Shown here piece after piece: positions 1 through 6,313 of a stretch of 40,007 nt of DNA. The notes under the pieces were generated by a model, which was not told where the DNA came from, did no database searches, and was given only the letters and a program-made list of their open reading frames with translations. Position numbers and translations under genes: made by a program. The DNA is from a virus. The first letter of the stretch is position 1. Each line of letters opens with the position of its first letter. The stretch is taken from IMG/VR virus record IMGVR_UViG_3300045988_181910. One strand, given 5' to 3'.

Positions 1-55
1 GATAAGTACCTTGTCGAATTTCTGTGGTTCCAAAAACGCCGAATGTACGAAAGTG
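1..55. repeat. 55-bp exact terminal direct repeat, identical to 39953-40007; consistent with assembly overlap of a circular molecule
   Basis: gataagtaccttgtcgaatttctgtggttccaaaaacgccgaatgtacgaaagtg occurs at both window ends. A minus-strand reading frame runs through the junction without a stop. Confidence 0.9.
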
Positions 56-381
56 CCGAGATCGAAATGCGCAGTATTGCGAGGCTTTACCTCACCGTTG
101 CGGGCGACAAGGTAATGGCGCGGGGACTTCAACACCTCTTTGAGCAGGGACGAACTCTCGCCCAGGTGTCCGAGGTATTTATCCATCCGGTCGTTCACCA
201 CCTTTCCGTTCACGCCCAGGCTCCGCACAGAAACCCGCGTCGGCTTGGACGGCAGATCATCGAGTCTGTGCACGAACTCCTCGAAAGGAGTATATTCCGA
301 CCGGTCGAACCGGAGCGGCGTGAGCTCTTCCGAGCAAATCGCCGCACCGGTTAAATCGGTCACATCGAAACCATAGTTCAT
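1..381 (-). CDS. 5' part (127 codons) of a RecE/YqaJ-like PD-(D/E)XK exonuclease gene; continues at 39952 down to 39206 across the circular junction
   Basis: ATG at 381..379. Manual translation: MNYGFDVTDLTGAAICSEEL...NTAHFDLGTFVHSAFLEPQKFDKVLI, open to base 1. It joins in frame to EPPANRG... of ORF 39206..39985. This ORF is absent from the ORF track because the window edge cuts it. Confidence 0.85.
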   Translation of the reverse strand, partial: MNYGFDVTDLTGAAICSEELTPLRFDRSEYTPFEEFVHRLDDLPSKPTRVSVRSLGVNGKVVNDRMDKYLGHLGESSSLLKEVLKSPRHYLVARNGEVKPRNTAHFDLGTFVHSAFLEPQKFDKVLI

Positions 382-383
382 GA

Positions 384-785
384 CTATTTAACGATCAGTC
401 GTTTCACACTCCAGTTGTCCGACTTGTAGCCGTTGTTCTTGTTCTTCTTTTTTCCGAGATAGGTTATCTCGAAAGCATCGCCCGGCTTGATGGACGACTG
501 AAACGCCTCGAACAGGCCGACAAGACGGCGGGAACCGTTGCGGACGGCACGCACTTCGCCGTTGATATTCTCAACGAACTGCGCGACCAGGAGATCACGG
601 GACTCACCGGATTCCATATCGACGACGGATTCGACGTTGAGTCCGACGAAGAACAGCCGGCGGGTCTCGCCCTCCTGCTCGGGCGTCCAGTATTCGCCCG
701 AAAGCTCTACCGGTTCGGGTTCGGCCTGCGTAAGGTCAGGCAGGTGATTGAAATCGACTTTGACAACAGCGTTTGTAGCTTCCAT
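384..785 (-). CDS. hypothetical early protein (133 aa)
   Basis: ORF 384..845. The internal ATG at 785 (MEATNAVVKV...) avoids overlap with the upstream gene. GC-rich third codon positions match the neighbouring genes. Confidence 0.65.
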   Translation of the reverse strand: MEATNAVVKVDFNHLPDLTQAEPEPVELSGEYWTPEQEGETRRLFFVGLNVESVVDMESGESRDLLVAQFVENINGEVRAVRNGSRRLVGLFEAFQSSIKPGDAFEITYLGKKKNKNNGYKSDNWSVKRLIVK

Positions 786-810
786 AATTGTGAGTTGTTG
801 GTTGTTGGTT

Positions 811-1257
811 TTATGACAAAATGATTTTCTTAAGCTCCTTTGCATCGAAGTCGCACGGGATCTTCTCGTTCAGGCTGTTGTAGGCCGTGACGGTCAGGTC
901 CAGATCCACGCGGCTGAGCACCTCCTCGGGACCCCATTCTTCCTGCACCTTGACATAGTGCAGCCACGCATCACCCGATACTACCAGCACGGCGTCGCTG
1001 GTCGCTGCGTTGCAGAAAGTGATCTCTTCCATGGCGCACCGGGCGCGATAATACGCCGGCGTCTCGGCCTCAACCTTTGCATAGTCGCGGATATAGCCCG
1101 CGATCTGCCGATACAGGTCGGACGTTACCCACATACGCTGCACGACCTCCTGGAACTTCACGTTCTCCTCTCGGTCGCACTCGGCGACACCTGCGGAGGC
1201 GCCCATCGGACGGAAGATTTCGCCGATAGACTCGTACAAATTCATCGTCTCATTCAT
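811..1257 (-). CDS. hypothetical early protein (148 aa)
   Basis: ORF 811..1308. The start MNETMNLYE at 1257 overlaps the stop of the upstream small ORF (ATGAATGA). Confidence 0.65.
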   Translation of the reverse strand: MNETMNLYESIGEIFRPMGASAGVAECDREENVKFQEVVQRMWVTSDLYRQIAGYIRDYAKVEAETPAYYRARCAMEEITFCNAATSDAVLVVSGDAWLHYVKVQEEWGPEEVLSRVDLDLTVTAYNSLNEKIPCDFDAKELKKIILS

Positions 1258-1390
1258 CGTTGCGGAGTTTAAGGACGTACGTGCGCCAGCGCCGGCGCAT
1301 CTCGGCATATTCCCGCCGCCAGTCGGCCGCGGCTTTCTTCTGCTCCTCGGTCAGTTCGACCTCGATGAGCTCGATATTCTCGTTTTTCAT
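1250..1390 (-). CDS. small hypothetical protein (46 aa, MKNENIELIEVELTEEQKKAAADWRREYAEMRRRWRTYVLKLRNDE)
   Basis: Manual translation; too short for the ORF track. It fills the gap between two genes, and its stop overlaps the next start. Confidence 0.45.
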   Translation of the reverse strand: MKNENIELIEVELTEEQKKAAADWRREYAEMRRRWRTYVLKLRNDE

Positions 1391-1391
1391 G

Positions 1392-1784
1392 TCAATTCAT
1401 TTTACGTTTCGATTGTTCGGAAATCAACCGGCCGGCCTCCTCGAGGCTCTCGTCGGCCGTCTTGACAGCGGAGGCTTCCTGCTCCACCCACTCGGCCAGG
1501 CGCCGGCGCGAGAAGGACAGCCGGCGGTTGCCCAGGCGTTCGTGCGGGATGGTCTTGTTGCAGGTGCGCTGATAGATCGCCTGCCGCGAGAGTGGGTAGC
1601 CGTGTTCGGCCAGGAACTCGATCGCCTGCTCGATACTCATGCGGTCGGGTTTCTCCTGCTTTTCGACGTTCAGAATGTAGTCGGCCAGCTTCGGGACGAC
1701 CCGGTCGATGGCCCGGTCCACGCCTGCGTCGATCATGCGTTGTAGCTGATCGGGGGTGACGGTGATGATCTGCTGACTTTCCAT
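1392..1784 (-). CDS. helix-turn-helix DNA-binding protein, excisionase/MerR-like (HTH_17-like)
   Basis: MSIEQAIEFLAEHGYPLSRQAIYQRTCNKTIPHERLGNRRLSFSRRRLAEWV resembles excisionase-type HTH domains. Confidence 0.7.
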   Translation of the reverse strand: MESQQIITVTPDQLQRMIDAGVDRAIDRVVPKLADYILNVEKQEKPDRMSIEQAIEFLAEHGYPLSRQAIYQRTCNKTIPHERLGNRRLSFSRRRLAEWVEQEASAVKTADESLEEAGRLISEQSKRKMN

Positions 1785-1787
1785 AGG

Positions 1788-1982
1788 TCATGCGTTTTTA
1801 CTCGTGTCGCTCGCGCTCGCGCCGGCGGCCGCCATCTCCTGCATCATATCCAGGCCGATGCGGATGCCGCCATTCACGATGTCGGTGAAGAGATAATCGT
1901 TGATCGCATCTACGGCCGCGGCACCGTAGCTGCCTCGAAGTGCTGCCTTGAGCTCCTCGATGCGTACCAGCTTCGACTTCAC
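1788..1982 (-). CDS. small hypothetical protein; start uncertain (GTG 1982 or TTG 1994, no ATG available)
   Basis: This is the GC-rich, codon-like 3' end of the 381-aa ORF 1788..2933 (..KSKLVRIEELKAALRGSYGAAAVDAINDYLFTDIVNGGIRIGLDMMQEMAAAG..). Composition changes sharply near 2000. Confidence 0.45.
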   Translation of the reverse strand: MKSKLVRIEELKAALRGSYGAAAVDAINDYLFTDIVNGGIRIGLDMMQEMAAAGASASDTSKNA

Positions 1983-2034
1983 GGCGTTATGCAATGAAGA
2001 GAGCGCGGTCCGCAGTCGGGAATAGGTAAGAGGA

Positions 2035-2299
2035 ATTTGAACCCGTTTCGTGGGTTGTACGTTGTAATCCGGGTAATAATTTGCCCGAATCACTTTTGTT
2101 AGCGTTTGCCATAGGTAACAAAAGGTGTTTGATAAGTAAATAAAAAGAGCGAGGCTCCCTTGTGTTTTGGCAAACGCACTGTACCAAAGAATGGAACAGC
2201 CCCAGGAACCCCGCTGTAATGCGGTTGAAGTATGTTTTGTGTACTTTGGACAGTACGTTTGCCAAAGACAAAGATACACAAAGTTTCTGAATCCGCAAG
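2035..2299 (-). ncRNA. structured-RNA module A (promoter, three complementary boxes, hairpins)
   Basis: Minus-strand promoter: cTTG (2296-2299) - N19 - TATCTTTG (2269-2276). Box 1 (2244-2263) is complementary to box 2 (2169-2189). A third same-sense copy lies at 2102-2112. A purine/pyrimidine hairpin plus U-tract lies at 2142-2161. The conserved 28-mer with an AACCC/GGGTT hairpin is at 2035-2062. Confidence 0.55.
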
Positions 2300-2322
2300 C
2301 GGTTCGTGAGAATAATTGATAG

Positions 2323-2595
2323 ATTTGAACCCGTTTCGTGGGTTGTACGTCGGATAATCGGCACCTTGTGCCGAACACCCAATTTTGACACCGTTTGCCA
2401 TTGTAGGTCAAAAATGGTATATAAAGAAAGGGCGCAGCCTCTCTGTTTTGGCAAACGGTCACGACTACACGGGGTAGAAGTGCTACGAGACTGCGCCCAA
2501 TTAACTTTGAGCAGCTTACTAATATGTCTTTGGTAGTCGTGTACCGACGACCGTTTGCCAACGACAAAGATACACAAAGATTCCGAATCCGCAAA
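2323..2595 (-). ncRNA. structured-RNA module B
   Basis: Minus-strand promoter: TTTG (2592-2595) - N19 - TATCTTTG (2565-2572). Box 1 (2533-2559) is complementary to box 2 (2450-2468). The third copy is at 2391-2399. The 28-mer at 2323-2350 is identical to that of module A. Confidence 0.55.
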
Positions 2596-2619
2596 TAGAT
2601 TTGCGAAATAGTTGGATGA

Positions 2620-2900
2620 ATTCGAGTGGACGCGTGTTCTGCGCGTGATGGGTGCGGAGCAGGTACTATTCTTCGCTGCTGCAACGCTTTCAGGGGACTT
2701 TGGCATAGGTCTGAAAGTTTATAAATAAATATGTAAAAAAGAGGCAGGCCCCTTTCGTAACTCGCCAAAGTCCCACATCTGCGTCTGCAAGATGTACTCG
2801 AAAGTAAGCCCGCCGTATAGCGGTATAAGTATCGTCTTATTAAAGACGAGACATGAGACTTTGGCACTTCAAATATACGCAAACCTTTTGAATTTGCAAA
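2620..2900 (-). ncRNA. structured-RNA module C (diverged paralogue)
   Basis: Minus-strand promoter: TTTG (2897-2900) - N19 - TATATTTG (2870-2877). Box 1 (2857-2865, GCCAAAGTC) is complementary to box 2 (2764-2774). The third copy is at 2694-2704. A hairpin plus U-tract lies near 2738-2758. The terminal hairpin is ACGCG/CGCGT with a 7-nt loop, at 2630-2646. Confidence 0.5.
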
Positions 2901-2955
2901 AAACTCAGCATCATATTTTGCAGCGACCGGCACGGTGATTCGGATTATTGCGGAT

Positions 2956-3717
2956 TCACTTTCCTAAGAACTTACTACGAATCAGTTCCGCGATCGTCTT
3001 GTATTCCATACGAAGATCACAGTCCGTGTACATATCTGCGATTTTAGCAATGAAATCATCGACACCGCCCGTGAAGTCGTTGTGATTTATTCTGGCTCCG
3101 ATATTGGTATCTCGAAAGGCGGTTGTACATAGACCTCTGGATCCGAATCCTGTAAAAGTTATGTAATCACCAGCTCTCGCAATTACCGCATTACCGGATA
3201 ATCGTGCATTACCAAAGACCTTTACATCGCCTGATATACATGAATCGCCTGATACTTGCGCGTCGTCCGAAACTTGTGCTTTTCCATACACACGTGCATT
3301 CTCAAATATCCGGGATTTGTCTGTTATATGAGCATGGCCGTACACCTGAGCGTGACCGAATATCTTGGCAAAGTAATCCACATGCGCGTTGCTGCAAACT
3401 TGAGCATAGCCCGCTACAGAAGCATAGTCTGTAACATACGAATTTCCAAATACCATTGCTTCCCCCGATATCTTAGCATTACCAAACACTTCCGCATTAT
3501 CAAACACCCGGGCATCATCCTGCACTTGTGCATTTCCCCATACTTTCGCATTTCCTGAAATCCACGCATCGCCGACTTGCGACAGGTTTTCTTCCGATTC
3601 GACAAAGCCACCCCGGGAGCCCTCCACCACGTTGCCAAAAGACCGAGTAGCGACAATCCGGTATAATGTGTGTCCATACCTCGAAATAGATTCAGAGGTC
3701 AATTTGTACTTTCCCAT
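2956..3717 (-). CDS. left-handed beta-helix (hexapeptide-repeat) protein, YdcK-like, paralogue 1
   Basis: About 18 consecutive [IVL]-x-G-x-A-x hexads (VFGNAKISGEAMVFGNSYV...). The N-terminus MGKYKLTSE..YRIVATRSFGNV..GGFVESEENLSQVGDAWI resembles E. coli YdcK. It shares a C-terminal domain (..DDFIAKI..EYKTIAELIRSKF) with the next two genes. Confidence 0.85.
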   Translation of the reverse strand: MGKYKLTSESISRYGHTLYRIVATRSFGNVVEGSRGGFVESEENLSQVGDAWISGNAKVWGNAQVQDDARVFDNAEVFGNAKISGEAMVFGNSYVTDYASVAGYAQVCSNAHVDYFAKIFGHAQVYGHAHITDKSRIFENARVYGKAQVSDDAQVSGDSCISGDVKVFGNARLSGNAVIARAGDYITFTGFGSRGLCTTAFRDTNIGARINHNDFTGGVDDFIAKIADMYTDCDLRMEYKTIAELIRSKFLGK

Positions 3718-4541
3718 ACTTGTTTGAGTATTGAAATATATTTGGGTTCGTATAAAAACTTATTACGAATAATCTGGACAATAGCCTTGTATTGAAGGCC
3801 CAACGGTCTGTTGCCGTAGGTCATTTCTACCATATTAAGGAATTCATCGACGGAACCGTTAAAACACCCCCATTTTATTCTGACACCGATATTGGAGTCG
3901 CGGAAAGCGATAATGCAGTTCCCATTGACATCGAATCCATTAAGCGTGACATAGTCACCCATAGCCCCGATCCGCGCATCGTGTGACAATTTCGCATCAC
4001 CAAAGACATCTGCCAAAAAACCCACGATCGCATTACCGTACACCTCCGCCTCTCCGTGCACCCGTGCATGACCGGAGATCTCGGCTAAGCCGTTTACCTT
4101 AGCGTACCCGAATACATAAGCATCATCCACCACCTTCGCATTGTCGCCGATCTCTGCATGTTGAAACACGTTCGCACGATCGCGTATTTTGGCATGACCC
4201 GATACCGATGCTTCTCCTCTCACAATCGCATTTCCCGAAACATGCGCGTATTCACACACCTCAGCCTTGCCGAAGACTCGCGCATTTTCCCAAATAATAG
4301 CATTGTCACTTACCATTGCACAACCGAATATCCGTGCATTTCCCTCGACCAATGCGTTGTCCAACACACAGGCATTACCCATCACCCACGCATCGCCGTC
4401 ATGGGACAGGTTTTCCTCTGACCTTACAAAGCCGCCCTTATCGCCTTCCTTGATGTTACTAAAAGACCGGACAGCGATAATTCGATACAATTTCTGGCCG
4501 CCCAATTCGCGACATTCGGAGGTCAATTCGTACTTCCCCAT
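3699..4541 (-). CDS. left-handed beta-helix (hexapeptide-repeat) protein, YdcK-like, paralogue 2
   Basis: Same architecture as 2956..3717. Its C-terminus reads through the duplicated about 50-nt leader (..FLYEPKYISILKQVWESTN) and overlaps the next start by 19 nt. Confidence 0.85.
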   Translation of the reverse strand: MGKYELTSECRELGGQKLYRIIAVRSFSNIKEGDKGGFVRSEENLSHDGDAWVMGNACVLDNALVEGNARIFGCAMVSDNAIIWENARVFGKAEVCEYAHVSGNAIVRGEASVSGHAKIRDRANVFQHAEIGDNAKVVDDAYVFGYAKVNGLAEISGHARVHGEAEVYGNAIVGFLADVFGDAKLSHDARIGAMGDYVTLNGFDVNGNCIIAFRDSNIGVRIKWGCFNGSVDEFLNMVEMTYGNRPLGLQYKAIVQIIRNKFLYEPKYISILKQVWESTN

Positions 4542-4581
4542 ATTTGTTTGGGTATTGAAAATATATTTGGGTTCGTATAAA

Positions 4582-4617
4582 ATTAACTAAGAAATTAACT
4601 AAGAAATTAACTAAGAA
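4582..4617. repeat. 3 x 12-nt perfect tandem repeat (attaactaagaa)
   Basis: Read directly. It spans the stop codon of gene 4611..5180 and the leader of gene 3699..4541. Confidence 0.9.
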
Positions 4618-5180
4618 AACTTATCCCTGATAAGCTCGGCGATGGCCTTATATTCCTGGCCAGCATGACTATCGCCGTGAGTTTCTTCTACTTTCGCGAT
4701 AAATTCGTCCAGCGTCCCCAAAAAACAACCACAGCGTACATATATTCCTGCTTCAAGATTGAAGAAATACGTTTTTGATCCCTGACGACTTCCTGCTCCG
4801 ATATAAGCAGCAAATGGATACCCGGCTTTCGCAACTCCGACGTTCTCAAAAAAGCACCTGTAGCCAAAGGAACAGCGCTCGCCAAAGGAGCACCACTCGC
4901 TGAAGGAACAGCGCTTGCCGAAGGAGCAGTATTCGCCAAAGGAGCAGAACTTGTCGAAGGAGCACCACTCGCCAAAGGAACAGCGCATGCCAAAGGAACA
5001 GCGCTCGCCAAAGGAGCACCACTCGCTGAAGGAGCAGTATTCGCCAAAGGAGCAGCGCTCGCTGAAGGAACAGCGCTCGCCAAAGAATTTTATTTCTGAA
5101 TAATCACCATTAGGACAATGTTTTATGCCTTTATTATCCCGAGGAATATCATTGAATTCGGCTTGTGTATAGATTTTCAT
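4611..5180 (-). CDS. Cys-rich hexapeptide-repeat protein ([GS]E[RYW]CSF x14) with the same C-terminal domain as the two YdcK-like paralogues
   Basis: GERCSFSERCSFGEYCSFSEWCSF... fits the beta-helix hexad pattern F-G-x-x-C-S. The C-terminus ..LDEFIAKVEETHG..EYKAIAELIRDKFS is shared with the paralogues. ATGA overlap with the upstream gene. Confidence 0.8.
   Translation of the reverse strand: MKIYTQAEFNDIPRDNKGIKHCPNGDYSEIKFFGERCSFSERCSFGEYCSFSEWCSFGERCSFGMRCSFGEWCSFDKFCSFGEYCSFGKRCSFSEWCSFGERCSFGYRCFFENVGVAKAGYPFAAYIGAGSRQGSKTYFFNLEAGIYVRCGCFLGTLDEFIAKVEETHGDSHAGQEYKAIAELIRDKFS
4830..5081. repeat. 14 tandem 18-nt coding repeats (hexapeptide array)
   Basis: The periodic unit ggagcagcgctcgccaaa and its variants create spurious open frames on both strands (ORFs 4688..5083 and 4915..5103). 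Confidence 0.9.
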
Positions 5181-5434
5181 AATTCACTCTTAGGGGTTTG
5201 CTGGTCTTTCTCGTGATTTAAACAGCTCGCTATTAGCCTTACGAAAAGCCACAGGAAGAGTAGCGGCGAGAGGATGAACAGAACGACACGCGCTGTGAAG
5301 GCAAACGCCCACCCATACATGCGGCCGAACACGCGGATCAGTAGATCGGCCTGCGTAACCAGGTTGTTGAACAACAAAAGAAGGGACAGGGTCGAGATCA
5401 ACATCACGGCGATCATTACAAGGGCTGTCGTCAT
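5177..5434 (-). CDS. small membrane protein (about 3 hydrophobic helices)
   Basis: MTTALVMIAVMLISTLSLLLLF.. and ..VVLFILSPLLFLWLFVRLIASCL are hydrophobic segments. Confidence 0.7.
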   Translation of the reverse strand: MTTALVMIAVMLISTLSLLLLFNNLVTQADLLIRVFGRMYGWAFAFTARVVLFILSPLLFLWLFVRLIASCLNHEKDQQTPKSEL

Positions 5435-5446
5435 ACGATATTTGGA

Positions 5447-5800
5447 TTAGAATTCCTCAACATACTCATATTCGTTCCTCCGGCCACGACGTATGCGTCT
5501 GACGGCCTGCGGATGGTCGGTGAACGTCGCCAAGAGAAACAACATCAGAAGGATGGTGGCACCGAAGCGGCGACGAACGGGCGAGAGGTCGGGTGAAATG
5601 TTGAAGCGCCGACAGAACCACCATACCGATAGTTCAGTCGCCTTCTGAATCCCTACTTTGCGAAAGATGCTGCGCGAAATGGTCAATACGGTGTTGGTCG
5701 CAATATTGAGCTGATCGGCAGCCTCTTTGCGCGAAGCACCCCATGCAAGGAGTTCGGCGACCTGGCTTTCGCGCCGGGTCAGATTGGCAAGCAAGTTCAT
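5447..5800 (-). CDS. LuxR/GerE-type HTH regulator with a C-terminal transmembrane anchor
   Basis: LTRRESQVAELLAWGASRKEAADQLNIATNTVLTISRSIFRKVGI is a GerE-like HTH. A hydrophobic segment FGATILLMLFLLATF follows. The start at 5800 gives an ATGA overlap with the upstream stop; 5824 is an alternative start. Confidence 0.75.
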   Translation of the reverse strand: MNLLANLTRRESQVAELLAWGASRKEAADQLNIATNTVLTISRSIFRKVGIQKATELSVWWFCRRFNISPDLSPVRRRFGATILLMLFLLATFTDHPQAVRRIRRGRRNEYEYVEEF

Positions 5801-6063
5801 AGCGTCCGGTGTCTTTTGACGCATGTATAGATCTGCTCTTCACCCCACACATCCGAGCTCGGGACGCCGTACTTGGCAAACACCTCCTCGATGCAGCGAC
5901 GTTCGGCCGGGCTGTAGTGGACGTATCCAGCGCGTCGTACGGAATAACTTACGACATTCTTCAAACCGAGCTGATGAATGATCTCATCCCGCACGGCTTC
6001 ATGGTGGATCGGAAGGACGCGGTTAAGTCCTTTGTTGAAGGAATCGTTCTCTTGCTTAATCAT
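5797..6063 (-). CDS. hypothetical protein (88 aa)
   Basis: ORF 5797..6171 trimmed to ATG 6063 (MIKQENDSF...), because 6077-6150 is occupied by a tRNA. Confidence 0.6.
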   Translation of the reverse strand: MIKQENDSFNKGLNRVLPIHHEAVRDEIIHQLGLKNVVSYSVRRAGYVHYSPAERRCIEEVFAKYGVPSSDVWGEEQIYTCVKRHRTL

Positions 6064-6076
6064 AATTGAAGGGATT

Positions 6077-6150
6077 TGGAGGGTGCAGGCGGAATCGAAC
6101 CGCCCTGCCAGGTTTTGCGGACCTGTGCCTAACCTCTCGGCCATGCACCC
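6077..6150 (-). tRNA. tRNA-Cys (anticodon GCA) with encoded CCA and an atypical C at position 33
   Basis: GGGTGCA TG GCCG AGAGGTT AGGC A CAGGT CCGCAAA ACCTG GCAG GGCGG TTCGATT CCGCC TGCACCC T CCA. All four arms pair. The variable loop is 4 nt and the discriminator is U, as expected for Cys. Confidence 0.8.
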
Positions 6151-6313
6151 GGGGACACCGTGGGCCGTCACGGATGACGGTGCCCGAACTAAACTACTAA
6201 CCCAAACTGTTTAACTAATGAGGCAGAATCCTCGCGGGATTGGGGGCCTCGAACCTCCCGACATGCGTGTGTATCATGCCTTCGCCTTTCGTCAATCCCT
6301 TCCGGCTCGATCT

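Noticed and set aside
1-55. The terminal repeat, considered as a transposon end, LTR or true phage DTR
   Set aside because: The copies are direct, exact and exactly 55 bp, and they interrupt a continuous reading frame. An assembly overlap of a circular sequence is the simplest explanation.
43-376. Plus-strand ORFs 43..354 and 140..376 at the left edge
   Set aside because: They are antisense to the manually translated 5' part of the exonuclease gene, which continues in frame across the circular junction and carries recognisable PD-(D/E)XK-family motifs.
1788-2933. The 381-aa ORF, and the overlapping 239-aa ORF 1987..2706 and 100-aa ORF 2099..2401, considered as protein-coding genes
   Set aside because: Their translations are compositionally random-looking. 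The promoter segment repeated between modules A and B is read in different frames, since those copies are 296 nt apart. Three full promoters and co-varying stems also lie inside these ORFs. Only the GC-rich 3' end of about 195 nt is kept as a possible CDS. The lack of stop codons is reported separately as an anomaly.
4688-5103. ORFs 4688..5083 (-) and 4915..5103 (+) inside the hexapeptide repeat gene
   Set aside because: These open frames are generated by the 18-nt periodic repeat and give low-complexity translations (ASAVPS.., PKEQ..). The frame with the conserved C-terminal domain is the real one.
6225-6305. A second tRNA-like sequence on the minus strand (GGGATTG...GGAGGTTCGAGGCCCCC AATCCC)
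   Set aside because: It has an acceptor-like stem and a T-arm-like element, but several features fail. The T-stem has an A-C mismatch. Only about 33 nt are available for the D and anticodon arms. The best anticodon stem leaves a 9-nt loop without U33. There is no CCA. It is probably a decayed tRNA remnant or a chance resemblance.
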